A stretch of 63,939 nt of DNA, counting the filler, from Candidatus Woesearchaeota archaeon (lineage in GTDB: Archaea > Nanobdellota > Nanobdellia > Woesearchaeales > CG1-02-33-12): NCBI GenBank assembly GCA_018399355.1. It is 8 parts of 8 records of this genome, joined end to end, with 100 filler letters (N's around TTAATTAATTAA, not from the genome) between each part and the next. Parts side by side here need not be neighbours in the genome. Positions count along the whole stretch, not along the records: positions 47,276 to 52,131 come from JAGYOA010000054.1; positions 52,232 to 56,751 come from JAGYOA010000055.1; positions 56,852 to 61,325 come from JAGYOA010000056.1; 5 more parts are not named here. One strand, written 5' to 3'. Position 1 is the first letter of the stretch; each line of letters starts with the position of its first letter. The notes under the pieces were generated by a model that was given only the letters and a program-made list of their open reading frames with translations, had not been told where the DNA came from and did no database searches. Positions 47,276-60,600 of the stretch are shown one piece after another. A program made the position numbers and the translations under genes.

Positions 47276-47531
47276 AGGTTTTAAGAAAGAATAAAACGCC
47301 CTTATCTATAAATCAAAATAAACATTATGCCCTGAAAGTTACAAAATGGTCAGTTTATCGGTTGAGTGATCTTTATTTTATTGGGACTTGAAACAACTAG
47401 TCCCAAAAATTAGCCATGGAAGGTACTTAATCCGTGCGGGGCTATATACTATTAAATTTCTTTTACAAATATTATATAAAACAAAAATTTTATATACTAC
47501 TTCATAGTAAATAACAATATTGGGTTAATGG

Positions 47532-48665
47532 GTGGTTAAAATCAGCTTGTGGGGACTTGATGTTATTGTTAAAGATGATAAGTATGTCATAAATGAATTT
47601 AATGGCATATATTCTGGAATGAAGGGCTTTGAATATATTTATAAAGATGACAGAGTAATAAAAAAAGTTTGCAGTATGTTGGAAGAAAAGCACGGGAAGA
47701 ATCTAACTGTTAACAAGGGCGAATATTTAAGAAATAAGCTCAAAAAAGAAAATTTCCCACCATATTTATGGGAATCAATAAAAGAGAAAATCCCTGATAA
47801 GTTTAAAACTTTTAATTCATTAACAAAGATGATATTCTTGTCAAGGGTTTTATCTTCCAGAAAAGCAGATGTTAATTGGATCAGTGAGCAGGTTAAAAGC
47901 TTAGCTGGTTCTCTGGAATCTTATTATAGCACAATATATAATGGCCAGAAATCAGTGGTCTTGAACTTAAAAAATGAGATTATTGATGAAGAATTTGTAA
48001 ACAGTTATACTTCTCAGGAGATAGCAAACAACAAATTTTTTCAGTTTTTTGTAATGAAAGATACAGATTTAAAAGAAAATTTAATTGAATCAGTTCTTGT
48101 TGGATTAGGAGCAACAGATGAACATGGTTTGGGTAATTTGCTTGAAAAACATGATAAATTTGTAATTAAACCGATAATAGGTTCATGCGGCAAGGGTGTA
48201 AGAATCCTGAACAAGAAGGAAGTAGAGGAATATAAAGGCACAAGCGGACCAATAGACTATGTTTCAGATTTTAAGATATTTTTAGAAAATTTAGGAATTA
48301 TAAAAATTAAGTACTTTTGGGATTTGGTTGAAGCTGGTGATTTTTCCTTTGAAAAGGGGTTATCTGTAATACAGCCGTTTGTTGATTCAAGCAAGCTTAT
48401 CAAAGGTAAAAAATACAATAGTGTAGTTAGAGCCATCGTTTGTAATGGTAAGTTTGTTGATGCTTATGAGAGAATAAGCAAAAGCCCAATTGTAAATTTA
48501 TCAAAGGATGCAAAAGCAGCCAAATTTAAATTCAATAATCTTAGTGATTTTTGTGAAAATGCAGTAAATATCTTTGAAAAAGAATCTGAAAAATATAATC
48601 CCAAAACAATGAAAAAGGATATATACAATAATTATATAGAACAGGCAGGTATTAAAAGAAATTAA
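47532..48665 (+). CDS. ATP-grasp-fold protein
   Basis: NNKF, VIKPIIGSCGKGV, IQPFV, VRAIV, VNLS; a GLDV...INEFNG segment lies at the N-terminus. Confidence 0.7.
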   Translation: MVKISLWGLDVIVKDDKYVINEFNGIYSGMKGFEYIYKDDRVIKKVCSMLEEKHGKNLTVNKGEYLRNKLKKENFPPYLWESIKEKIPDKFKTFNSLTKMIFLSRVLSSRKADVNWISEQVKSLAGSLESYYSTIYNGQKSVVLNLKNEIIDEEFVNSYTSQEIANNKFFQFFVMKDTDLKENLIESVLVGLGATDEHGLGNLLEKHDKFVIKPIIGSCGKGVRILNKKEVEEYKGTSGPIDYVSDFKIFLENLGIIKIKYFWDLVEAGDFSFEKGLSVIQPFVDSSKLIKGKKYNSVVRAIVCNGKFVDAYERISKSPIVNLSKDAKAAKFKFNNLSDFCENAVNIFEKESEKYNPKTMKKDIYNNYIEQAGIKRN

Positions 48666-48682
48666 ATTAAAAATTTGAAGAA

Positions 48683-48865
48683 TTATTCTTCGATTTTTAT
48701 TGCGCCATGGGGGCACTGAACTTCACATGCCCTGCATCCAATGCATTTCTCAGGATGTTTAACAACAACCTTGTCTTTCTCTTTTTCAAAAACATCCATA
48801 GGGCAAACATCTATGCATGTCATAGACATTTTGCATTTTTTATAGTCAATAACTGGTTTTGGCAT
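48683..48865 (-). CDS. 4Fe-4S dicluster-type ferredoxin
   Basis: CKMSMTCIDVCP and CIGCRACEVQCP. Confidence 0.9.
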   Translation of the reverse strand: MPKPVIDYKKCKMSMTCIDVCPMDVFEKEKDKVVVKHPEKCIGCRACEVQCPHGAIKIEE

Positions 48866-48877
48866 AATATCATCACC

Positions 48878-49630
48878 TTATTTGTCTTTTACTTGTTTTT
48901 CTTGCTTATTAGAATTATTCTTTTCTTTTTTCTTTTTAGCGCTATTGTTCTCTTTTTTTTCATCAGAATTATCTTCCTGTTTTTTTACATCATCCTTATC
49001 TTTTACCTTTTTTTTCTCTTTTGTTTTATCTATTTGTTTCTCAGTTTTTTGCTCTCTTTCTTCATGAGTTATAAGCTTCATTTCCTTTATTTCAAAGCTT
49101 CTGAGGGGATAAATTTTCTTCAGCTTGCCTTTCATACTATTCTGAAGCTTATGAGATACAAGCTCATTTACAAGCTCATTATAACTTATTTTGCTTATAT
49201 AATCTTTAAGCTCATTTCTAAAACTTTTTATTAAGGACTTGATTACAACACCCTTTGCTTTATTCACTGTTATAACCAATGGCTTTATCCTTATCTTTTT
49301 TTCATCTCCAGTTGCGCATAAAAAAGAATCATGTATGTTTTCCCTACCTCTTCTTATTATTCTTTTTATAAAAGTTGGAACAGTGCTATAAGCTACTGGC
49401 TGCGTTAATGCTCTTTCTTCTTTTAATCCAGTTACTTTTAGTTTTATTATTATGCTTTGCTTTTTTATGTTATTTGTTAAATTTGCTAGATTAACAGTTA
49501 TTGTTTTTCCAATAATCAATCTTGGGTCATAAGACAATGTTTCACCAACAAGAGATTCATTAAACTCTGAGGGAGCAACTATCTTATACCATTTTTTCTT
49601 GAGTTTCGCAGTCTTCTTTTCTTTTGCCAT
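48878..49630 (-). CDS. rps3ae: 30S ribosomal protein eS1 (S3Ae) with charged C-terminal tail
   Basis: KKWYKIVAP..F...GET, KKIYPLR..EI. Confidence 0.88.
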   Translation of the reverse strand: MAKEKKTAKLKKKWYKIVAPSEFNESLVGETLSYDPRLIIGKTITVNLANLTNNIKKQSIIIKLKVTGLKEERALTQPVAYSTVPTFIKRIIRRGRENIHDSFLCATGDEKKIRIKPLVITVNKAKGVVIKSLIKSFRNELKDYISKISYNELVNELVSHKLQNSMKGKLKKIYPLRSFEIKEMKLITHEEREQKTEKQIDKTKEKKKVKDKDDVKKQEDNSDEKKENNSAKKKKEKNNSNKQEKQVKDK

Positions 49631-49746
49631 TTTATTAAAAATAGATGTTAATTGAGGAAAAATGTTTTATTTATAAAGCTTTCGTAACCAAAACCAAAAA
49701 CTTAATATACCAAAAGTTTCATAATTAAAATATAGGGGATAATTAA

Positions 49747-51935
<2,189 letters not shown>

Positions 51936-52131
51936 TCATATTTAATTTTTGTATTAGCTAAAATCAGCCTTTATTAAAGAGATATAGCCTTTTTATTATA
52001 TTAAAATAGAATACTGTGTTATTTATATAACTTTCGTTTTTAAAACGGCAATACAAGCTCTGTAGTGCCTTAATTCAGGCATTTCAGCAGGTTTTTATTT
52101 TCTTTTGATTTAGTATACTCTTTGGTATACT

Positions 52132-52231
52132 NNNNNNNNNNNNNNNNNNNNNNNNNNNNNNNNNNNNNNNNNNNNTTAATTAATTAANNNNNNNNNNNNN
52201 NNNNNNNNNNNNNNNNNNNNNNNNNNNNNNN
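52132..52231. other. artificial contig spacer
   Basis: N/TTAATTAATTAA/N linker. Confidence 0.98.
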
Positions 52232-53428
52232 ATTACAGTAAACAATATACTCAAACTCATTTACAGCGCTGAAAGATACATTATATCTGTAAAGCAAAGA
52301 AGTATCATTAAAAATCATTTCATTTGAGAGATTATGGGTTCCTGTGGTATTAAAGCTTATGTTGCAAAACACAGAGCTTCCATTCACAGAACTGTTGTCT
52401 ATACCATTAGTTAGATTTCCATAAATATTTATCTGTTGGTTAATATATTTTATTGAGGTGTCCTCATCATCCCATAAATCAAGATTTAATGTAGTATTTT
52501 CAGCAGAGGAGTAATTATAGTTAAAGTTACTAACATTAAATATTAATATATCGTCTGAATAGCTTATTATATTACACTCAGGAGGAGCGCATAGTTCATC
52601 ATTTTTCATTATTTTTGGCTGTACAAATCTTATATTATACAATGTTATTATTGCTCCCCTGTTTAAACAAGGAAGGGCATTTAAATTTACATCAAGACCA
52701 ATATAATTATCATTTATTTCAAGATGAGAGTCTAAATCTGCATCGTCAAAGTTGATTGTCTTTCCTGAGAAATTTATTATTCCAACATCAGGTATTCCTA
52801 CTGTTGCATTTTCTATTGCTATCCAGTCTCCTAAAACTAAAGGATCATGAAACTCAGTAAAATTTGTTGTAACACTGTTTTTGAAATTTTCCCATGAAGG
52901 CTCTTCGTCTATGTTATTTATTGAAAAATAAGAGTCTGAGCTGTCTGTCCCAGCCAAACCACATTCTGATTTATTGCTATAAGACCTTACAAATATCTTG
53001 AGATTGCAGTTTCCATCATTTACAGCAGTAGTATCCCAGCTAAGGTTATAGTATATATCACTGTAATTTGTGTCCATTCCTATCTCATTATTAAAGCTGT
53101 TGAAACTAAATGTCACATTAATGTCTTCATCAAAATCTGCAGCAGTTGCAGTTGCATTAACCCAGACTGATCCATTTAAGACTTCTCCTCCATTAGGATG
53201 AATGATTGTAACATAAGGGGGAGGAGACCCTATACAAAGAGATACTGATGCATGGTTGGTTGCCTTTCCTGTTATTTTTGAAACAGTCGAAGTATTATTA
53301 TAAATAATCCAGTTGAAAAACAAAGAGGAGAACATAAACAATAAGGCAAGAGCAGCAATTACATTATTTGATGTTTTCTTTCTTGTATTGCCTTTTTTCT
53401 TTTTCTGGATTTTTTTGTTTTTATTCAT
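52232..53428 (-). CDS. secreted/surface glycoprotein with Ig-like domain, 3' truncated
   Basis: basic N-terminus plus TM helix, ITGKAT, PNGGE Ig-like start, many N-x-S/T sequons. Confidence 0.75.
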
Positions 53429-53981
53429 TTATCCTCATAAATTTTTGAACAGAGTAATCAACTTTCCAGCTCTGAAAAAATTCTCTTATTTCTTGAAGCT
53501 TATCACAAGGAATAATAATATTGTTTCTTCCTACTGCCTTGCCTTTCAGCTTTCCAAGAAATCCCTTCTCATCTTTTCTTCCCTTTAATGCATATCCAAA
53601 AAGGGTTTTTTTTGAATGATTTAGGGATGTTAAGTCATAAGTTATTAAAAATATTATATCCTGTTTTAAGGATTTAGAAATTAGATTATTCTTTTTTATA
53701 CTGAAACCTTTATTAATCAATTCAAAAAGAATCTTATCATAAAAAAGAGATTCGATGTAAAAATCAGAAACTTCTGCATTTATTTGATTGCTGTTTAGTA
53801 TTTTTTTAATTTCAACTACAATTTTGCTGTTTTCTTTTTTATTGTTTTTAAAAAGAATAATTGCTTTTAGTTTGATTAGGTTATCTTTGTTTGAGTAATC
53901 TGTTATAACTATATCTAATACACTTTCCCTATTGCAGAAAAATCTAATTTGTTTTAGCTCTTCTTTTATATCAAAAAACAT
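53421..53981 (-). CDS. hypothetical protein, degenerate nucleotidyltransferase-like with small C-terminal domain
   Basis: YDLTSL..KKTLFGYALKGR C-terminal motif; no catalytic GS..DxD visible. Confidence 0.55.
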   Translation of the reverse strand: MFFDIKEELKQIRFFCNRESVLDIVITDYSNKDNLIKLKAIILFKNNKKENSKIVVEIKKILNSNQINAEVSDFYIESLFYDKILFELINKGFSIKKNNLISKSLKQDIIFLITYDLTSLNHSKKTLFGYALKGRKDEKGFLGKLKGKAVGRNNIIIPCDKLQEIREFFQSWKVDYSVQKFMRINE

Positions 53982-53983
53982 GT

Positions 53984-54038
53984 TTGTTTATAATCAACAT
54001 AAATAATATATAAAGCTTTCGCTGTTGATTATCAAAAA
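53984..54038. promoter_or_regulatory. two GTTGATTATCAAC-like sites flanking a TATA box
   Basis: TTGTTTATAATCAACA (53984) and TGTTGATTATCAAAAA (54023) around minus-strand TTTATATA. Confidence 0.6.
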
Positions 54039-54066
54039 ATATAAATTATAAGACTTTTCAATAAAA

Positions 54067-54483
54067 TTATAGTATTCTCTTTAATATGAAACTTGCCTTT
54101 CCCATATATTCTCCATACTCTGCTCCTGGGTGGGAAATTGCAGTGAAGTATATTTTTCTCTCTTCCCCAGGTTGCAATATAAAATTATTGTCTGATACAA
54201 TAACAAAAGAAGATATATTTCCTGATGTACTAATCTTAATATTTATAGGGTAGGTTTTTTTATTTGACAAGGTCATTTCCCTCCTGCATGACCCATCTTT
54301 TGTTATCTTTCCAAAAGTTATGGTTTCTGTTCCAGCATCAAAACCTGGATTTTCTCCTATTATCAAACTCATATCTTTTTCTATAGTGCCCTGTATAACA
54401 TAAAAAGAGTAAAATGTAGTAGTTAGGCCTATGCTAAGCATGGCAGTGATTAACATTAACAATAAAATTCTTAAAAGATTCAT
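54067..54483 (-). CDS. membrane-anchored Ig-like protein
   Basis: N-terminal TM helix; TFGKI, NNFILQPGEE, YGEYMG. Confidence 0.7.
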   Translation of the reverse strand: MNLLRILLLMLITAMLSIGLTTTFYSFYVIQGTIEKDMSLIIGENPGFDAGTETITFGKITKDGSCRREMTLSNKKTYPINIKISTSGNISSFVIVSDNNFILQPGEERKIYFTAISHPGAEYGEYMGKASFILKRIL

Positions 54484-55694
54484 TTTTTTCTTTTTTTACC
54501 AGTTACTCTTTTATTTATTTTTGGATTATTCTTCTTAAGTTTATCTTGTTTTTCTTTCTGTTTCTTTGATATAATTACTAGATTGATTATTACAAGGATT
54601 ATTAAGATTAATATTAAAGAGGTTATTACACCAATACTTAAATTTGCAGGCATTTCAAGCAAGGGCTTCTTTGCGCTTAAAACCATAAACTTCACTTTTT
54701 CAGAGGTGGTTATTCCTTCATATTTTATATCTATTTGGGCATTGTGCTCTCCTTCTTCCCATCCATTTGTGTCAATATAAGATGTTAATGTTTTTCTTTC
54801 CCATGGTTCAATCTCTATGTTAGGAGTTTTTATCATCTCTCCTTTTACACTTATTTCTCCGTAAACATTATTTATCTTGTTTCCCCAATCACTTTTAACA
54901 ATTAAATTAATTTTGTTTATCTTGTCTTTTTCAAGCTCTTTTGTGTAATTAATCAGTTCAATATTCAGCCTTCCTATCTTGAAACTTCCCTTTTCCTGTT
55001 TTGAATACTCATCATAAATTATTGTTGCAATGGCATTATAAGTCCCTCCAAGATAACCAACTGTATCCAGCTTGGCATTAAGACTTTTTTCTTCATTTGA
55101 TTTTATTGAAATCTCCTGTGTTTTTAAGGTCGTAATCTTGTTTTCATTAGGGTCATATATTTCTATATTTGCGCTTAATCTTGCTATATCTAATTTACCA
55201 AAATTTTTTGCAACTATCTTAAAATCTGCTGTTTCATTTATGTTAACATTAGATGTTATAAGTTTTGTTTCAATATACTTTCCAGGATTTAATACATGAA
55301 TAAGAATGTAAACTCTTACATTGGAAGAAGTTCCTATATTTCCCTCTACATTGTTAGGATCAATTAACTCTCTAGCCCCTACAAATATTTTATGATGTCC
55401 TGGAATCTCAATTTCATCAGGCAGCTTTATTTTTACCTGAAAATCTCTTTCTTTGCTGTCTGCCTTAATGATTTTTTTTGTGATTTCTGCATATTCAGAA
55501 AGGTACCCTGAAACATAAAGCTCGACATCCCTTCTTGACTCTGTTATCCTGAAATTAAATGTTTTTTCAATCCCTGGCTGAAAATCAATTTCTTTGTCAT
55601 TGGGAAAATAAATACCTACTGCATAAGCATCCTTTAATAAAAATAAGAATATCAGAAAAAAGAAAAATAATTTTTCATTTTTGCTTTTTGCCAT
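54480..55694 (-). CDS. surface protein with signal peptide, Ig/CARDB-like domains and C-terminal TM anchor
   Basis: signal peptide ending AYA, KNFG and GTYNA motifs, C-terminal hydrophobic helix plus basic tail. Confidence 0.75.
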   Translation of the reverse strand: MAKSKNEKLFFFFLIFLFLLKDAYAVGIYFPNDKEIDFQPGIEKTFNFRITESRRDVELYVSGYLSEYAEITKKIIKADSKERDFQVKIKLPDEIEIPGHHKIFVGARELIDPNNVEGNIGTSSNVRVYILIHVLNPGKYIETKLITSNVNINETADFKIVAKNFGKLDIARLSANIEIYDPNENKITTLKTQEISIKSNEEKSLNAKLDTVGYLGGTYNAIATIIYDEYSKQEKGSFKIGRLNIELINYTKELEKDKINKINLIVKSDWGNKINNVYGEISVKGEMIKTPNIEIEPWERKTLTSYIDTNGWEEGEHNAQIDIKYEGITTSEKVKFMVLSAKKPLLEMPANLSIGVITSLILILIILVIINLVIISKKQKEKQDKLKKNNPKINKRVTGKKRKK

Positions 55695-55733
55695 TTCAAA
55701 ACCATTTAAAATAAAAGAAAAATAATATTAAAA

Positions 55734-56375
55734 TTATATCTCTACAACATCTGCTGTTATCACATCATCTTTTGCTCCTATTGCATCACTTGGAACAACA
55801 ACCCTTACGTCAAACCTTAATTCATCGTTGTCATCACCTGATCTGAATCCACCGTCTGTTTCATTGCATATTGTAATGTTGCTTGCCTGAACTACAGAGT
55901 CATACCATTGTCCTTGTACTACTTCCCATGAATCAGCAGCGCATGAATTTGATTCGCTGTTGCTTACATTAAACTGATAAACTGGATCTTTTCCACCTAT
56001 AAAAGTTGCTGCTGTTTTTCCCATATATATTGCCAATGTTAGGTTTTTGTTTCCTATATTCTCCAGGACTAATCCATTTTCTTGAGGAGTGAAGTCAGTG
56101 CAATTATCATTTAATGATGCGCTGTGGCTGTTAAGAGCACATCTCATACCTGCATTAACAGTTCCTGTTCCCCAGTTAATAGTATCAGTTGTAAAATTTA
56201 CCTGCGCTAATGCAGCTATATTCAGGTCAACTGTTGCTGTGTCGCCTGTTGCAAGACCTGTTATAGGAGACCTTATACTTGCAAGCCTGTTTAAGCTGAT
56301 TAAGGTTCCTCCCAAAGAAACAACTATCGCTGAAATAAGCAATATCGCCAATGTTTTGTTTGATATTTCTTCCAT
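55734..56375 (-). CDS. secreted beta-rich protein, candidate filament subunit
   Basis: MEEISNKTLAILL...ITGLATGDTATVDLNI; GGAGG RBS; four Cys. Confidence 0.7.
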   Translation of the reverse strand: MEEISNKTLAILLISAIVVSLGGTLISLNRLASIRSPITGLATGDTATVDLNIAALAQVNFTTDTINWGTGTVNAGMRCALNSHSASLNDNCTDFTPQENGLVLENIGNKNLTLAIYMGKTAATFIGGKDPVYQFNVSNSESNSCAADSWEVVQGQWYDSVVQASNITICNETDGGFRSGDDNDELRFDVRVVVPSDAIGAKDDVITADVVEI

Positions 56376-56389
56376 TCTTTACATCCTCC

Positions 56390-56629
56390 TTAGTTTGGTT
56401 TTTCAATATTGAGCATTACACTCGCATCGTCAGGAATTGGGTCTCTTGTTTTTTCTATATTTAGATTTACACTTCCCTGAGAAATTCCTATTTCATCATA
56501 AAAAATCTGTTTTTCTCTTGAGCTTATTGATTCAAGAACAGTCCATGTTCCAACAACAGAAACAAGGATTGTAAGAACAAGCAAAACAGCTATTGTTGCT
56601 TTTGGTATGTCTTTCTCTTTTTTTGCCAT
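56390..56629 (-). CDS. 79-aa membrane-anchored protein with duplicated SVxLNIEK motif
   Basis: GAGGT RBS; TM helix similar to that of the downstream gene. Confidence 0.7.
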   Translation of the reverse strand: MAKKEKDIPKATIAVLLVLTILVSVVGTWTVLESISSREKQIFYDEIGISQGSVNLNIEKTRDPIPDDASVMLNIEKPN

Positions 56630-56751
56630 TTGTATACCTCTTTTGTGCTATTTTTATTATAATTGTTTAACTTATTTAAATATTTTGTGGTTTTAGAGTA
56701 TATTTCTGTTATCCCGAAACTACTACACAAACCAAAACTACTACATAAATT

Positions 56752-56851
56752 NNNNNNNNNNNNNNNNNNNNNNNNNNNNNNNNNNNNNNNNNNNNTTAAT
56801 TAATTAANNNNNNNNNNNNNNNNNNNNNNNNNNNNNNNNNNNNNNNNNNNN
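56752..56851. other. artificial contig spacer
   Basis: N/TTAATTAATTAA/N linker. Confidence 0.98.
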
Positions 56852-57663
56852 GTCAAACAACTTCCTCCCCCATCACACCTACAATAATCACCACTTGTTG
56901 CAGAGCAGCCAGTATAATCATAACATCCATTAGTGGTATCTTCACTTCCATCTGCTACATATTTACATGTAGTATCACAGTACTCACATATCGCGCAGTC
57001 ACTATCATAAGTGCAAGCCTCACCATAACCTTCAACTATCTTAATAGACTCTTCTCCTGGTTTTACACCAATAAAAAAGAAAAATATAATCAATACAAAT
57101 ACTGTAATTCCCAAAAACCTGCTTAATGCTGCTTTTTTGCTGAAATAAACCAATGACAAATATTCAAATAAATAAAAAATTATTTTTTTGATTGACCACA
57201 ACATAGATATTGTTGATAATATTATCTTCGATATATAGTACAATACAGAATCAATTATCATTGAAAATGATAATCTTATTATTTTTATTAAAGACTTAAC
57301 CGCTATATCTGAATATTCAGGCAGCTTCAAGATTAAAAAAGATGATGAACTATAAACAATCTTTGGAATTCTGTAATCAAAAAGCAAAATTAGTTTTATT
57401 GCAATCCTCTTGCCTTTTCCATGCATTACCTGATTTAATAATTCTTTAAACCTGTAGTATTTAATGTAAAGATTTATTGAAGCTATCTCGGAAAATAACC
57501 ATAATAATTTTATATCTTTTAATATGAAAAAGGTTACAAGGCAATAAACACTCAGTAATTTAAGCCAATTAACATCAATAAAATTTAGAATCCAACTGAT
57601 TATGAATATAAGTTCAACTATTAAAACAAAAAATTCAGGTTTTGTTTTTATTATTGATTTCAT
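56852..57663 (-). CDS. membrane protein with Cys-rich extracellular domain, 3' truncated
   Basis: hydrophobic N-terminal half, then CTYDSDCAICEYCDTTC... Confidence 0.65.
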
Positions 57664-60600
57664 CTTATATCCAAATATGGTCTGCAGTCCAATGCACCAG
57701 ACGGATTATAGCCATCGCATCTTTCAAGAGGAGCATCCCCCCTGAAGCATGCAAATGGCCCTCTGCTTCCATTAATATCCTCTCCAACCCACCTTATATT
57801 CAGTTTTGACTCATTATTCTCAAAAGATTCTTTTGCAATCTTTGTTATGTTAAAGCACTGCCATCCATTCCATGATGGAACATTAACTTTGACAAAAGAG
57901 CCGTTAATAAAAAACTCCTCTGGCGCAATAGAAAGATTGCTTTCATTTATTTTTTCAATATAATTTATAGAGGATTCTCCATGCCAGTTGTAATGATTAT
58001 AAGCGCATAAATAAGCAGAATCAAATTCATCTACATATTCTATATTAAAACTCATCTCTGCCTGGAAATCATCCTTTTCCTGCCAATGATTTGTCATAAT
58101 ACAAAAGCTTTCAGGATTCAAATGATAATCCTCTTCGCATTTAGGGCAGTTTGAGTTATAGTAAACATTCTCTGTTTTTATCAAGTCAGTTGGAATGTTG
58201 CTTGTATCTACCCTAACCCCTTTAAATTCTAATTCTAAATAATGTTCTCCAGGCGAGATTAACCTTAAAGTAAGGTTTGATGTTGAATTACATTCAAAAT
58301 CTTGCACTAAAATAGAGTCAATCTCGAGATTCTTTCCAATAGTCTCACTTAATTTAAACAAGGAATCATTCTTTAGCTTAAAATAAAAATTAAAACTATT
58401 CTCAAAAGTATCCTTGTTGTAAATACTTTCATTGCCGCATTTCAATTCAACTATCTCAAGGTCATCTTTTGTTGAATTATCATCATTAAAAACTTCTGCA
58501 TAACTAGTTCCATTTGAAGTACTAACAGACAAATTTGAAATTCCAGTCACATTAAATCTAATTGTCCAGTTCTCTTTTGAAGAAGGATATGAATAAACAC
58601 TAATTGTATCAATCTCAACCTCAAATGTCTGGTTTGAAAAATGAGGAACAATCCATTCAATTTTATCAATCAATGAGTTATTATTTTCATCAATATAACT
58701 CAAATTTTCAAATAATTCTTTTGTTTCATTCTTTATCCAATATAATTTTATCTTGCTTGTATCAGAGGTTATTTCAGTTATATTTGTGTAGGCCAAAACA
58801 TTAGTGTAATTTATCTCAGAACTTACAACTATCCTCTTTTTTGCAGGGTTTATCTCCTCTTCATAAGAAACAGGACCTGGTGTCTCATATTCAACATAAT
58901 ACTCTTTTGTCTCTTTTGCATCAATCAAGTCCCTGAAAACAACACTATTTTCATTTGTTTCATTATCTTTTATACTTACTGAGCTACCATTTATTTTTTC
59001 ATCCAGTTCCTTATCAAATACATTAACATTAAAGGCATAATCAGGCAATTCAAAAGTAATATTCATTTCTTTGCTCAAATTTTCATAATTTTCTTTTAAA
59101 ATGCCTTTTCTCCATTTTACTGGCTTGTTTATCTCTTTTATTATTGCTTCATCTTCCAGAGTAAGATTTTTTTCAACTACTTCTATTTTAAAAACATTTG
59201 AAACAGCAATTGATTCGGAGTCATTTGCAGTTATGAATGTGTGCTTTGTTCCAATAAAACCAATTTCAGGAGTTATTTTCAAATTATCCCCTTCTATTAA
59301 ATATGAAATATCCTCTGTTTCATAAACAGTGTAGTTAATCAAATCACCATGGGAATACTCAAAATAATCATTTAAATTAATCACTGAATTGCTGTTTTTT
59401 TCTATTGTTACATTAGGTATATTCCTTATTAAGGATAAGGCAACATCCTCCTGTTTTGGGATTATTTTATACACAATCTCTTGAATATTCAATTTTGCAT
59501 CCTTCAATTCAATCCTTAACCTGTAATCTGTTCTGTTTAGGCTTATCATGCATGTTTCAATACATTGCTCACTGAATTCAAAGATTTTATCTTCCTCTAT
59601 GAAAATAGCATTAAGGGTTTGCCAGTTGGAATAATAAATATCAGAATAAAGATTATCTTCACTTGTGTTATAATCAGCATAAACAACCTGCGCACTTATC
59701 TCATTGTTTTCAGTCGCCCCATATCTCTGGTAATAAGAATAGAATGTTTCATTCCATTTTTCTGAATTTGATTCAAGCCCTGCAAAATTACAGCATCTTT
59801 CAGAACCATAGCATACCTTTACAGAAGTTTTATTATCCACAGAGTAAGATTCCCAGATTGTGCAAAGATTATTGTGATTAACATCCCAGTTAAAAACTGC
59901 ATCAATTTTAAAGTCAACTATTCCTTCTTTTGTTTCAATCCCATCATTATTTGCATCAAATTCTGACTCATCGGCATAATTCAAATCAAGAACTATCTCA
60001 GAATCAGAAGGCGCCCTTATTATATTCTCAGATGATTCATTCTTGGAATAGCTTTCATTTACTGATTCATTTAATTCCTTAGTCAAATTTGAACTATCTG
60101 TATCATTCAAAACAGTTTCAGTTTCATTTAATTCATTGCTTTCATTGATACTTTCATTTGTTTCATTAATTTCATCACTTCCACTAATATTACCAATGGT
60201 TTCATTTGTACCAGAACTCTGATTTATTTGTGTTTCATTATCATAGGTTTCCTCGGTTTCTCCATCAGCATCATCTAAATCAGCTGTTTCATTAGTTTCA
60301 TTTTCACTCAGTTCTTTAACAACCATTCCTGTTATTTGGTTTGTTTCATTATTGTTCTGAGGATATTCAAAAACAAGATAGCTTTCATTTCCTGCTTCAA
60401 GGTAAACCTTTGCGCTTCCATCACCAATAACATTTCCATTAATCTTCAGTGATTTTATTTCCCCTTGAAGTTCAGGAACAAAAATATAGGTTGAGTTTTT
60501 ATCAAATAATTCATTTACTTCGTGAATATACTCTTCTGTATCCTCAAATGAAAAGAATCCTGTTATAGAAGGTTTATAGAAAAACAAAACTGAAAATATC

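Noticed and set aside
48878..49060. Lys/Glu-rich tail of eS1 as a separate domain or repeat
   Set aside because: Low-complexity charged extension with no periodic structure
48707..49234. 175-aa hydrophobic plus-strand ORF and similar antisense ORFs across the window
   Set aside because: Shadows of Lys/Glu-rich genes on the opposite strand
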